A stretch of DNA of 64,000 nucleotides, taken from NCBI GenBank assembly GCA_028714495.1, contig JAQTMH010000001.1:9721-73720 (forward strand). The letters are read 5' to 3'. Every line of letters starts with the position of its first letter. Position 1 is the stretch's first letter. Source of the DNA: Patescibacteria group bacterium (GTDB lineage Bacteria > Patescibacteriota > Patescibacteriia > JAHIZJ01). Position numbers and translations under genes: made by a program. Shown here in pieces: positions 27,841 to 38,162 of this stretch. The notes below the pieces were generated by a model. The model did no database searches and was not told where the DNA came from. It saw nothing but the letters and a program-made list of their open reading frames with translations.

Positions 27841-28638
27841 TTATTTTGAGAGTAGTTGTTTGACTTCGGCTTCAAGCGTGGCATAGGGAACCGCGCCACC
27901 AAGTGATTCATTGTTCAGGAAGTTTCCGGGTGTGCCCTGGACGCCTTTTGAAATTCCCAGCTGGGCGTCAGCGTCAATCTTATCAGCGTATTTATCTGAA
28001 CTGACGCAGTCATTGAATTTATCAATATTCAAGCCAAGTTTGGTGGCAGTTTCTACGTAAAAGTCGGCGCCCAGAGAATCTTGATTCGCGTATAGCTCAT
28101 CAGCAAAGCTCCAAAATCCGTCGTTTCCTTTCTGTTCAGCCGCGCACTCTGCGGCTAAAGCCGCGGGTTGAGCCTCGGCATGGAAATCGAGAGGAAAATG
28201 TTTAAAGACCCACCGGACATCGTTCGGATATTTCTCTAGAAGCTGGTTCATGGTATCGTGGAATTTCGAGCAGTATGGGCATTGAAAATCAGACCACTCC
28301 AGAATAGTCACTTTAGCGTCAGCTTTACCGCGAACATAATCCTGGTCAGTCACCGTGTAATCAATCTTTTCTGGCACAGCCGCGGCTTGATTGGTATTGA
28401 CTTGGGCGTTGGTATTGGCATTGGTATTAACCTTTTCGGTGCCGGCTACGGAACCGTTTGTGTCATTTGAATTATCCATTCCGCCCTGGATGTAAACGGT
28501 CAACAGGACAAAGAAGCCGATTGTGCATAAAAGCATCACTCCACCGACTAAACCGGTTACAAAGCTGGCTCTAGGCGAAAGACTGGCAAAAACGCCTTTT
28601 GGCCCCTGAGATGGGGTTTCGTTGTTGTATTGGGACAT
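27841..28638 (-). CDS. dsbA: membrane-anchored DsbA family thiol-disulfide oxidoreductase
   Basis: EWSDFQCPYC, FKHFPL, GVQGTP. Confidence 0.92.
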   Translation of the reverse strand: MSQYNNETPSQGPKGVFASLSPRASFVTGLVGGVMLLCTIGFFVLLTVYIQGGMDNSNDTNGSVAGTEKVNTNANTNAQVNTNQAAAVPEKIDYTVTDQDYVRGKADAKVTILEWSDFQCPYCSKFHDTMNQLLEKYPNDVRWVFKHFPLDFHAEAQPAALAAECAAEQKGNDGFWSFADELYANQDSLGADFYVETATKLGLNIDKFNDCVSSDKYADKIDADAQLGISKGVQGTPGNFLNNESLGGAVPYATLEAEVKQLLSK

Positions 28639-28866
28639 TGATTTTAGTCTCCTCTTTTACATTAATTAAATTGCTCTCTCCTATGGGGTACAGTGTAACA
28701 TAAAATATATTCTTGTCAAATTCACATGAATGCTATTTTCCCCATAACCCTACGTCTAACCCTACATCAGCAAAAAATAGCTCGGGCCGACTACAATATC
28801 AACCTGAATTTATGGTCCTTGAAAACAAAAACGGCCATATCCCGCAGCCAGGAGGTTTTGGCTGAA

Positions 28867-29397
28867 TTATTGTTTTTTGTATTTTTTCAAGACGTAGATA
28901 ATCGCCCCAGCTCCGAGAATCGGCCAGACAATTAAGAATATTGACCAAAAAAGCAGTGAGTTTGTTTGGCTAGTCGCCTGGTCTTCCTGGCCAAGCTGGT
29001 TCAAATAATCGTCGAGCAGCGTTTGCGGAGAAGGGCAAATATTTGACTGGCAATAGAGAATTTCTTCTTCTATCCCGGCCACGACATTCACGTCATAGCC
29101 GGTAAATACCTTCGAGCCGATAATTACGGTCGGTACTGACAAACTAGTCTGTCGGTAAATCGCCATAAAATCCTGAAATACCGCCTGCTTATGTTCATCG
29201 GAACTGACGTCAACTTTGGCTATGGTCAATTCGGGATATTTGGCGTCCAGCACATTAAGCGCGTCAGTCATTCCCTGGCAGGGTTGGCAATCGGTATTTA
29301 AAAAATAAAAAATCTCGATCGCCTCTTTAGCCTGAGCCGCCCTGGGCAAAATAAAAAACGCGGCGAAAATAATAATCAAAAACAGCTTTTTTGGCAT
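28867..29397 (-). CDS. exported thioredoxin/glutaredoxin-like protein with C-terminal TM anchor
   Basis: signal peptide, CQPC, SVPTVIIG. Confidence 0.8.
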   Translation of the reverse strand: MPKKLFLIIIFAAFFILPRAAQAKEAIEIFYFLNTDCQPCQGMTDALNVLDAKYPELTIAKVDVSSDEHKQAVFQDFMAIYRQTSLSVPTVIIGSKVFTGYDVNVVAGIEEEILYCQSNICPSPQTLLDDYLNQLGQEDQATSQTNSLLFWSIFLIVWPILGAGAIIYVLKKYKKQ

Positions 29398-29400
29398 ATC

Positions 29401-31176
29401 TTAAAAGTGTATTACCTGCCCAGGTCTAAGATGCCGGTCGCCCCTTGATTGGGTTTGACCCCCGGGCCTTCTCGGAAATCGGGGTTGCTGATTTTGGGGC
29501 TTCCGGAAGTTTTTAAAAGACATCGGCTCCCGAGTTAAAGCCTCTTTGAGGCTGATCGGCGTCGGGATTGATGATGCTTCTTCGACAATCTTCAAATCCT
29601 TTTCTACCGGCGCTGCTTTGGCTTCCTTTTTTCTTTCGGCTGGCGCGTTTTGATCACCGGCCATAGCCTGCAGAAAATTAATTCCTTCTCTATTCTTGTC
29701 TGGCGCTGTCTCGCGCGGCTTGACCTGCCGTGTTTCAGGCCTCGGACTAACTTTCCCTCGACCCTGCTCGGGATAAGCAGTCGGGGCATTTCTCTCAACC
29801 TTGCCCTGAAATACCATTTTCTCGATTTTTTCTTTTTCTTCGCGCCGCTGTCCATTTTCACCATTTTCCCCTTCCTCCATCTCAGCCATGCCGCTCCAGC
29901 GCATTATTTTATCCTCAACTACCGCCCGAGGCGTGGCATAACGCTCTCGCGAAACCCGGATGATCTTCTCGAGATTTCCCTCCTTAGCTCGGCTGTGAAG
30001 CGGGGGCAGGCCATGAGCTGAGAATGGCTCTGAAGCCACTCCGTCAATCATCAGCTTGAGATACATCTCAAATTTGGTCAGGTTTACCAGATCATTCTGC
30101 ATGAAAACGGGTTCAAATTCTTTTTCGAGATATTCCGCGTCAGTCGCGCCAACCCGGAAAGCCACAATTGTGCCGACATTGCCAAAAACCGCCGCCTGGA
30201 CTTCCTCGTCAAGCTGTTCAATGTACTGGTGGGCGATAATCAGGTCAAGGCGGTATTTCCGGGCTTCAGACAAGATATTGGCAAAACTCTCAGTGGCAAA
30301 ATTCTGAAACTCATCAACGTAAAGAAAGAAGTCGCGCCGTTCCTCCTCCGGAATGTCAACCCGGCTCATGGCCGCCAGCTGTAATTTCGTGATCATCATA
30401 GCGCCAAGTAAAGCCGCGTTATCCTCACCGATCCGGCCTTTAGATAGATTCATAATCAATATTTTCCCGGTATCCATGATTTCCCGCATATCGACTGAAC
30501 TCTTGGTTTGACCCACGATGTTGCGAATCACCGAACTGGATAAAAACTGGCCGACTTTGTTTTGGATTGGCGAAATCGCCTCGGTTCGGAATTGATTGCC
30601 ATAAGCCGCGTACTCCTCAAGCCAAAAGGTTCTCAAAATCGGGTCGTTAATTTTTGACACGACTTTTTTTCGATATTTGTTATCAACCAGTAGCCGGGTA
30701 ATGCCCAAGAGAGTTGAGCCCGGGTATTCCAAAAGGGATAGAACGGTATTGCGGAGTACGTATTCGAGACGCGGGCCCCAGGAATCAGCCCAAATTTTCT
30801 TGAAAACTCCCACTAGACCGGAGGCCACCAGGTGACGGTGGACTGGATTGACTGATTCGAGAACATTGAAGGCAATCGGGTAGTCAATATCGGCCGGATT
30901 GAAATATATCACGTCGTTGATCCGATCGGCTGGAATGTAATCCAATATTTCCTCGGCCAAATCACCGTGAGGATCAACCAGCGCCACGCCCCGGCCAGCC
31001 GTGATATCAGCCACGATCATCTGTTGCAATAGCGTGGTCTTGCCCATGCCGGTTTTACCGATGACATACATATGCCGGCGCCGGTCATCTAATTTAATGC
31101 CAAAACTCCTCCGCTGATTACGGAAATTTGTCTGGGCAAATAGAGCAATGTCTTTGTTGTCGGTGTCGTCGGGCAT
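29401..31176 (-). CDS. VirD4/TraD/HerA-like ATPase (T4SS coupling protein-like)
   Basis: HMYVIGKTGMGKT, VDPHGDL, YVDEFQNF, SEARKY, AHQY, GNVGT. Confidence 0.9.
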   Translation of the reverse strand: MPDDTDNKDIALFAQTNFRNQRRSFGIKLDDRRRHMYVIGKTGMGKTTLLQQMIVADITAGRGVALVDPHGDLAEEILDYIPADRINDVIYFNPADIDYPIAFNVLESVNPVHRHLVASGLVGVFKKIWADSWGPRLEYVLRNTVLSLLEYPGSTLLGITRLLVDNKYRKKVVSKINDPILRTFWLEEYAAYGNQFRTEAISPIQNKVGQFLSSSVIRNIVGQTKSSVDMREIMDTGKILIMNLSKGRIGEDNAALLGAMMITKLQLAAMSRVDIPEEERRDFFLYVDEFQNFATESFANILSEARKYRLDLIIAHQYIEQLDEEVQAAVFGNVGTIVAFRVGATDAEYLEKEFEPVFMQNDLVNLTKFEMYLKLMIDGVASEPFSAHGLPPLHSRAKEGNLEKIIRVSRERYATPRAVVEDKIMRWSGMAEMEEGENGENGQRREEKEKIEKMVFQGKVERNAPTAYPEQGRGKVSPRPETRQVKPRETAPDKNREGINFLQAMAGDQNAPAERKKEAKAAPVEKDLKIVEEASSIPTPISLKEALTREPMSFKNFRKPQNQQPRFPRRPGGQTQSRGDRHLRPGQVIHF

Positions 31177-31179
31177 ATT

Positions 31180-32613
31180 TTATTCAAACGGTAAATTTGA
31201 TGGCGGCTTACTTTTGAATGACGGCGGCGGTGTCTGGGTTTGGGGAACCGACGGCGTTGGCGCTGGCGCCGCTTGAGGGGCTTGGGCCGGAACGCTGGTC
31301 ACCGGTTTAAGCGGCGATCCAACTGATTCTATCGGCAAACCAACTGGCGGCTCACCGCGCTTGCTTTCGATCCTCTTCACCAGCGGCGCCTTCACGGTCA
31401 GGGTCGGGAAATGGAAAATGCTGGCTAATTCTTCCGTATTCAAGATAATGCCCGTACCGGCTAGTCGTTTCTTGTAGTTCTTGACTAGTTTGCGCTGAAG
31501 TGAGTGTAATCTAAGTTTTTTGAAAAAGATAAAGTTGGTCTTAGTAAAGGTTCGCTTATCAGGCCTAAAGCTATTCATGTCCATGGCCGCGAATTGATTG
31601 AGAGAACCGAATATCGCGTTGATTCCGATGCCTTTATTGACTAGCTCTTTTTCAGCCACATAAACGTAGCGGAACTTGGTTTCGAAGGATTTCTTTGAAG
31701 TTTTTATTTGAATGGCTTCAACGACAGATTTTTCTCTCGGGGTGAGCTGCATCATCCAGTTCTTCGGCTGATTTTGTGGCTTTTGTACTTGTTCTGACGG
31801 CGATATCAGAGATGCCGTAATTGTTTCATAGGTGCCATGAGTCACTCCGCCAACTGAACCCAATAGCCCCTTGCTTACGACTTTTTTCTCGCCAATAATT
31901 TTATTAATAATTGATTGGGCTTGGCTGAGGTATTTCTTACCCTCGGTCGGCCGGAGCACCATCTGGATCCAAATTTGCTCACCCTGCTTGATCTTGCTTA
32001 ATATTTCCAGGAGCGAGGCCATCGGATCGGCAAACTGCTGCGACAGACTGTGCTCAAACTCAATATAGGTTTTTATCGGGTAGGGATTCGGCCGATTAAA
32101 GCTAATCACCGAGCCAAACGCTTCATATTTATCATTAGGATATTTTACCGGAATATCAGCCGTGTAATCCTCCACTTCGGTTATCACGGTCTCGGGATAC
32201 TGAGCGTAAATGGCTGATTCAACTAAATCACGATATTTTTCCGGTGTCCGAATTATAAACTGGATATACCCGCCGATACTCACCAGCTCGACGCTAATCG
32301 TCAGCTGGACCTTACCCTTGATATATTTTTCGACGATATTCGGCACGGAAAATACTCCGAAAAAATGGGAATATATGTGTTCGATCGCCTTTAAGTTCGG
32401 CTCAATCTCCCGCGGCACGTCTATCGCCAGCAAGACAAATTTTGTCGAGGCAATAAATTTATTCCGGATGGTTAAAAGCCAGTAATCCCAAAGGATTAAA
32501 ACCATGCCAAACACGAAAAAAATCCAGCCGCCATCAATAAAAAACTGCCAAAGAAAAGAAAACGGTAGGATGTCAGAGACGGAAAAAGCCGTTGAATCAA
32601 TGGCTGTTGGCAT
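31180..32613 (-). CDS. conserved CPR protein usually paired with the VirD4-like ATPase
   Basis: N-terminal TM, VESAIYAQYP, YPIKTY, ILNTEELASIFHFP, EPPVGLP. Confidence 0.75.
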   Translation of the reverse strand: MPTAIDSTAFSVSDILPFSFLWQFFIDGGWIFFVFGMVLILWDYWLLTIRNKFIASTKFVLLAIDVPREIEPNLKAIEHIYSHFFGVFSVPNIVEKYIKGKVQLTISVELVSIGGYIQFIIRTPEKYRDLVESAIYAQYPETVITEVEDYTADIPVKYPNDKYEAFGSVISFNRPNPYPIKTYIEFEHSLSQQFADPMASLLEILSKIKQGEQIWIQMVLRPTEGKKYLSQAQSIINKIIGEKKVVSKGLLGSVGGVTHGTYETITASLISPSEQVQKPQNQPKNWMMQLTPREKSVVEAIQIKTSKKSFETKFRYVYVAEKELVNKGIGINAIFGSLNQFAAMDMNSFRPDKRTFTKTNFIFFKKLRLHSLQRKLVKNYKKRLAGTGIILNTEELASIFHFPTLTVKAPLVKRIESKRGEPPVGLPIESVGSPLKPVTSVPAQAPQAAPAPTPSVPQTQTPPPSFKSKPPSNLPFE

Positions 32614-32636
32614 ATGATTTTTAGATTTATTTTTCT

Positions 32637-33797
32637 TTAGCTGTTTGTTTTTTGAGTATCGGCCTCTTTCGACGATCCTGGCGTCTGTGCAATAGTATAA
32701 CGACCGTCAGATTGTTTGGTAAATCTCTTTTGATCAGTCAGGGCGAGATGAATGGTATTTCGTTTTACCATCCGCTGGGCTAGAACACCTTTGACAATCT
32801 CATCGCGAGTCAGCGACTGATTGGCTCGCTTCAGAACCTCAACGATAACATCGGCCACGACGCCCGGTTTATAGCCCCACTCTTTCAAAGCATAGATGCC
32901 CCGACCGACTAAGACATATCGGTCGTTAAGAATTAATTCGTTGTGAACCGTCGGCGGGTAGGCTTGACGATTATCAAAATGAATTTTGTTTATTCTTTCG
33001 GCAATCTGAGTGAAATGCATCGGTTTGCCTTCTTTCTTGAGCACCAGGTAAATTTTGTCATTCATGCGGCGCGGCACTATCGTCCCCCATTCGGTCAAAC
33101 CGTATTCGCCGAAAGGATTCCGACTGACTTTTTGGCTCATGGTCAGATAACCGACAATTGTCTGATCGCTTATGTCCGAATCCGTGTTTGGATCTTTAAC
33201 CGAATGGGCCGTCTGAAAAGCCTGGATGAAATCAGATTCGGAGAGGGGCTGGTTCTTGCTTTTGATCAGATTGATTAATTTATCAATGACCCTTTTTACC
33301 TTCTCCAGCGATACTGTCGGTAAATACCACGAAGAACGGAAATAGTCGTTAGCTGGCTGGCTTACGAAACGATCGCTTAAAAGCTGCGAAATGATGAATG
33401 ACACTGATTGCCGGCTGATCGGTGTATCAGTGGAGAATTCAAAAAGCTCTTCCATTAGCCTCTCTTTTGACATAGCTCCGCCGTTTTGTTCGAGGACGGA
33501 TTGAATCGCGTGTTCAATCGGTTCAATCAAATTGGTAAAGTTTTTTAAACCCTTTGTTTTTTTAATGGCCGTGCTCTCGATTTGACGGATCCGTTCTCTG
33601 GTTAGATTATAAAACTTCCCGATTTCCTCAAGGGTTTGCTTGGATTTACCATTTAAACCATAGCGGCGGCGCAGGATATCCTCCTCTTTATTGCTCAGCT
33701 GTTTAAGCAAAGAGGCGGCCACTTCGGGTGGGTTGAATTCCCTCAATTCCTGGCTCTGTTTGCTGGAAATTACTTTGTCGAGAATAGACTCTTCCAT
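32637..33797 (-). CDS. sigma-70 region 4 HTH plus C-terminal winged-helix (HARE-HTH-like) protein
   Basis: ILRRRYGL...TLEEIGKFYNLTRERIRQIE; DKIYLVLKKEGKPMHF; VLVGRGIYALKEWGY. Confidence 0.85.
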   Translation of the reverse strand: MEESILDKVISSKQSQELREFNPPEVAASLLKQLSNKEEDILRRRYGLNGKSKQTLEEIGKFYNLTRERIRQIESTAIKKTKGLKNFTNLIEPIEHAIQSVLEQNGGAMSKERLMEELFEFSTDTPISRQSVSFIISQLLSDRFVSQPANDYFRSSWYLPTVSLEKVKRVIDKLINLIKSKNQPLSESDFIQAFQTAHSVKDPNTDSDISDQTIVGYLTMSQKVSRNPFGEYGLTEWGTIVPRRMNDKIYLVLKKEGKPMHFTQIAERINKIHFDNRQAYPPTVHNELILNDRYVLVGRGIYALKEWGYKPGVVADVIVEVLKRANQSLTRDEIVKGVLAQRMVKRNTIHLALTDQKRFTKQSDGRYTIAQTPGSSKEADTQKTNS

Positions 33798-34108
33798 GAA
33801 TATTTTACCTTATAATTAGGCCAAATTCGGCCTAATCGCATATCTTAATACAATTTGCCTGCCAAGTCAATCCTTTACCTTTCTCCTATTAGTATAGCAT
33901 AACTAAGAATTTGTGTCAAGCGCGAAATGGCACGCCCTGATAACCATGCATATAGAATATTACTGCGGAATACTTAGAATTTTCGCATTACTGCTCTTAT
34001 GGGTATAGAAAACATTGGAGTGGATATAAATAATGTTGAGACAGGATTTTATTATCCAAATTAAAAAATGCCCCCGAGGCAGATGTTATCTTGGCAGTTT
34101 ATCCTATA

Positions 34109-35014
34109 TTATGAACGCTTTCTGGATTTGATTTTTTGCCAAATAACCAGGAGCGGGCTGGCAATAAATATTGACGAATAGGTACCGGCGATAATGCCGA
34201 CAATCATGGCAAAAACAAACCACCGGATTGACTCGCCGCCAAACAAATACAGGGCCACCAGTACAAAAATTGTGGTGAGCGAGGTGTTTAATGACCGGGC
34301 TATAGTCTGATTGACGCTGTCGTTAATGATTGTCTCAAAGTCCTGGCCAGAACCGTGAAGCATGTGTTCGCGGATTCGATCAAAAACTACGATCGTATCA
34401 TGGACCGAGAAACCCAGAATAGTCAGCAGGGCGGTAATAAAGAGCGCCCCGACCTCAACCTGATAAAAATATCCGAGAAAAGCGTATAGACCGAGCATAA
34501 AGAGCATGTCATGGGCCAGGGCGATAATCGCGGCTAAGCCCATAACCCAGCTCGGAATGATTGTCGCCTTTGATATTTTTCGAAAAGCAAAGGTGATATA
34601 AAAAATAATTCCCAGCATAACAAGGATAACAGCCGTCACTGCCCGCTGTTTTAATTCTTTGCCGATTGTTGGACCGACTGTTTCATAGGCTTCTTCAGCC
34701 AATCCTGGATAGGTTTCTTGAATGCTTTGCAGGAGCTGGACTCGCTTTTCATTGTCAATCGCCTGCGATCTTATTGTCACACCCTGGTCACCGACTGGCT
34801 GGACCGTCAAATTGTTCAAACCCAATTCCTTCAGCTTTGTCTCCAGCTCTTGGACGGTTGGACGATTCGCGGCAAATTTAAGTTGCCACATCGTACCGCC
34901 AGTGAAGTCGATATTTGGTTTCAATCCGCCCAGTACTAAAAAGATGGCCCCGGGAATGAGCAACAGGCCGGAAAGAGTGAACCAAAGATATTTTTTTTGT
35001 ACTATTCGGTACAT
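34109..35014 (-). CDS. secF: protein translocase subunit SecF
   Basis: IDFTGG, ETVGPTIG, GFSVHDTIVVFDRIRE, GTYSSIFIA. Confidence 0.97.
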   Translation of the reverse strand: MYRIVQKKYLWFTLSGLLLIPGAIFLVLGGLKPNIDFTGGTMWQLKFAANRPTVQELETKLKELGLNNLTVQPVGDQGVTIRSQAIDNEKRVQLLQSIQETYPGLAEEAYETVGPTIGKELKQRAVTAVILVMLGIIFYITFAFRKISKATIIPSWVMGLAAIIALAHDMLFMLGLYAFLGYFYQVEVGALFITALLTILGFSVHDTIVVFDRIREHMLHGSGQDFETIINDSVNQTIARSLNTSLTTIFVLVALYLFGGESIRWFVFAMIVGIIAGTYSSIFIASPLLVIWQKIKSRKRS

Positions 35015-35015
35015 A

Positions 35016-36689
35016 CTAGAGATTAGCTCCTATTAATTTCTTATGCTTAAGCATCCATTCTCCGACAATGAGGCGCAAAAAAGTCCGGGTGATGGTAATT
35101 GCCGAAAACATACTCACGAGAATACCAATAGCCAGGGTCAGGGCGAAGCCTTTAATCAAGCTGCTGCCAAACCAGGTTAGAATCAGGCAGGTAATTAAAC
35201 TTGAAACGTTGGAATCGCGAATCGAAAGCCAGGCCCGCCGGAATCCCTCATCAATAGCGCTGGCTATCGGTTTACCCAAACGTATCTCTTCTTTCAATCT
35301 TTCGAAAATCAGAACATTGGCGTCAACGGCCATGCCGATTGACAGGATAAAGCCAGCCACGCCCGCCAATGTCAGAGTCACCGGCCAAAGCTTGAAAATC
35401 GCCAAAACAATCAGGGAATAAATCAGAAGCGCGATCACGGCCAATGCTCCGGGCAGACGGTAATAAGAAATCATGAAGATCGCGACAATCAATATCCCAA
35501 TCAAGCCGGCTAAAAGACTTTTTTCTACCGAACTTTTTCCTAAAGACGCGCCAATATTCTGTTGATTCACCAATTTAATCGGAACCGGAAGCGCGCCTGA
35601 ATTCAATCGCTGGGCCAGAGTCTTGGCTTCTGGCAGAGTGAATGAGCCCGTAATCACCGCCTCGCCTGAATCGATTTCCTGCTGGACCACAGGCTGACTG
35701 ATAGGCGAACCATCCAGGTATATTCCAACGATCTTGCTGACATTCCGTTTGGTAATGGCGGCAAAAAGTTCTTTGCCTTCGTCATTAAACTTCAGGGACA
35801 CCTGCGGCGCGCCGCTATTCGGATCGAATTGAACGTCAGCGCGCTTCAATTGCTTGCCTGACAATCCGGTATTAACAAATTCCGCAGTGGCCGCAGGCTC
35901 TTCTGACTGTTTCAGTAATAAAATATGGCTGGCGCGCGCCTCGACCGTTGCTTGATCGCCTTCGCCGGTTGTCCGCTCGTCTGTTTTCTTGATAATGTGA
36001 TATCCATACTGAGTTTCCACCAGTTCGGGATAAACTTCTCCAACCTTCATTTTATCAAAGACCACCGTTTCGAATTCCGTCACCATTGTCCCGCGCGCGA
36101 AAAAATCTAAATCCCCGCCGTTCTGGCTCTGGACATTCGACTGATCCTCGGAATACTGATTGGCTAGCGCCGCGAAATCGGCTCCTGGCTGCAAGGCTTG
36201 TTTTAATATGTCTTCGGCCTTTTTCTTCTGCTCGGCGTTCAAAGCCTGGATCGCTTTCTTCTGCTCATCAGTCAAAGGCTCGGGTGTTTTTTGCTCCCGG
36301 AATTCCAAGAGCGGAGTTTCGCCGATCTGCTTAATCGCCTCATTCACGTCAAATACTCCGGCTAATTCAACGATTACCCGCCATTTATCCCCGACCTTGC
36401 TGGTCTGAATCACCGGCTCGGATACGCCAAAAGCGTTGACCCGGCGCTCAATCACGTCCCTGACGCCATCCAAAGCTGAAGAGCGGTCAGCCTCCGCGAT
36501 ATTCGCCACGTCAGCTTCATAAACCAAATGCGACCCGCCCTGTAAATCAAGACCGAGCCTGACGTTAAGTTCTCGAGTTTTACTGCCAATTTTAAGATCC
36601 GGACCCTTCGGATAATCCACCACTCCGGCTAATCCAGCCAAAATGAGGATAAAAAGAAACATTATCCAGACCTTTTTTCGCGTGGTCAT
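35016..36689 (-). CDS. secD: protein translocase subunit SecD with inserted parvulin-type PPIase domain
   Basis: LGLDLQGG, RRVNAFGVSEP, GMAVDANVLIFER; insert DFAALANQYSED..GGDLDFF.RGTMVTEFE..VETQYGYHII..ASHIL. Confidence 0.95.
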   Translation of the reverse strand: MTTRKKVWIMFLFILILAGLAGVVDYPKGPDLKIGSKTRELNVRLGLDLQGGSHLVYEADVANIAEADRSSALDGVRDVIERRVNAFGVSEPVIQTSKVGDKWRVIVELAGVFDVNEAIKQIGETPLLEFREQKTPEPLTDEQKKAIQALNAEQKKKAEDILKQALQPGADFAALANQYSEDQSNVQSQNGGDLDFFARGTMVTEFETVVFDKMKVGEVYPELVETQYGYHIIKKTDERTTGEGDQATVEARASHILLLKQSEEPAATAEFVNTGLSGKQLKRADVQFDPNSGAPQVSLKFNDEGKELFAAITKRNVSKIVGIYLDGSPISQPVVQQEIDSGEAVITGSFTLPEAKTLAQRLNSGALPVPIKLVNQQNIGASLGKSSVEKSLLAGLIGILIVAIFMISYYRLPGALAVIALLIYSLIVLAIFKLWPVTLTLAGVAGFILSIGMAVDANVLIFERLKEEIRLGKPIASAIDEGFRRAWLSIRDSNVSSLITCLILTWFGSSLIKGFALTLAIGILVSMFSAITITRTFLRLIVGEWMLKHKKLIGANL

Positions 36690-36853
36690 AACTTATTTAG
36701 TATATCAAATAGTTCAAATTTTTACAAAAACCCGTTGACAAGTTTGCCCGGGTATGTTAATGTTTCCAGTTCGTTCAGTACTTGCTCTTTTTTGGCAATT
36801 AAACCGGAGGTTTCGGCTTCCTGTATACTTCAACTCCAACAAGGAGGGGTCGG

Positions 36854-37471
36854 ATGTCTACGAGACTGGTTGAGTTCTATGTCATGCGGCACGGTGAGAA
36901 GGACGGTGACGCTCTGACTGAAACAGGAAGGGAACAGGTCAGGCAGGCGACTCGCGAATATCTCGCAGATGCCGGGTTCTTCGCAGCTCTGTCTTCGGAG
37001 ATGGCCCGGGCTCATGAGACCACTCGGGTAGCACTCAAAGAACTGGATCAGGCTATGCTGACCACCCGCCAAGATCCGGGCTTCGGCTACGAGCATGCCA
37101 CCCGGGACTATCCCGAGGACACCATCCAAGCAGCCATGCTGAATGTTCAGTCTGCAGTAAAGGCAGGCGCAAAGGAAACAGTCAGGCTCTGGCTCCGACT
37201 CCGACCTGCTTCATGCCAGATCCGCGGCCGGTTCACCGAGTGCCTGTTCAAGTGGGCAGCTCGGTATGCAGACCGCATGGAGGGTGAACCCCTCATGTTC
37301 CTGGTCGGCAGCCACTCGCCTTGCAGCGAGTTGGCTGTCCTGGATCCTGACAACACCCCGCGTCTCGACTTGGCTGGGATCGTGAAGTATGTGGTCCGGG
37401 TCGATACCGAGACCCTGGAAGCCCAACTGGTCGGCTCCGAGGTGATCTTCCAAGGCTTCCCCGAGGTGTAA
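36854..37471 (+). CDS. histidine phosphatase superfamily protein
   Basis: VMRHGEK, LTETGREQ, SSEMARAHET, VGSHS. Confidence 0.85.
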   Translation: MSTRLVEFYVMRHGEKDGDALTETGREQVRQATREYLADAGFFAALSSEMARAHETTRVALKELDQAMLTTRQDPGFGYEHATRDYPEDTIQAAMLNVQSAVKAGAKETVRLWLRLRPASCQIRGRFTECLFKWAARYADRMEGEPLMFLVGSHSPCSELAVLDPDNTPRLDLAGIVKYVVRVDTETLEAQLVGSEVIFQGFPEV

Positions 37472-37565
37472 CCAACCTCATCATCATCGCTCATTGCGCC
37501 CCCCCCATCTATCGTTCAATCCGATAGTGTGGGGGCTTTTTCTTTTTAAACTATTTTATTTCTTT

Positions 37566-37591
37566 GCTCCCATGCTATGTAGCATGGGAGC
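37566..37591. repeat. REP-like palindrome family A
   Basis: GCTCCCATGCTA-TG-TAGCATGGGAGC; sister copy at 39827-39852. Confidence 0.75.
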
Positions 37592-37634
37592 GCTGTTTAT
37601 ATCTCTATGACGGCTATATCAAGACTAACAATGG

Positions 37635-38162
37635 TCAGTTTATATCTGTAAAATCAATCACCGGATAGCTCATTTCTAAATCATTTATATATTCAACGCC
37701 GAATTTCTCCCTATACCAGTTATAACTTGAATATGGATACTCTCGATTCGCCTTTGCATAACCATGCTTAACCGGATTATGATGTATATAATTCAGCCTA
37801 GTAAAAAAATCTTTTTCCCCACGAATACAATTGTCCCAATAATTCCACCAGACTTTAGGGCCAGCTAGATTATCTAATCTGTTCAATTCATGCGCGCTTC
37901 CGCCATTAATAAATCTCGTCAAAGAACTTAACAATTTACCTCTTGGGAGGCTGAAAAGGATGTGGTAGTGATTCATCAATACTACCCATCCGTATAGATT
38001 AATCCCATATTTAATAATCGATTTTCGTAAACGATCTATTACAATTTCCATCTTCTGATTTGTGTTAAACAACCTTTTGCCATCAATTGTTCTTGAGGTA
38101 ACAAAATACACCCCGTCGTCAATATAGAGGTGTAATGGTATGTGGCGCTTAAATCTAGATAT
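37635..38162 (-). mobile_element. REP-associated tyrosine transposase (Y1 HUH, RAYT)
   Basis: YFVTSRT, WVVLMNHYH (HUH), WWNYWDNCIR, YIHHNPVKHG, YPYSS; frame open to an ATA behind an AAGGAG SD. Confidence 0.9.

Noticed and set aside
32637-33797. Annotation as a sigma factor (rpoD)
   Set aside because: Only region 4 is present, with no region 2.
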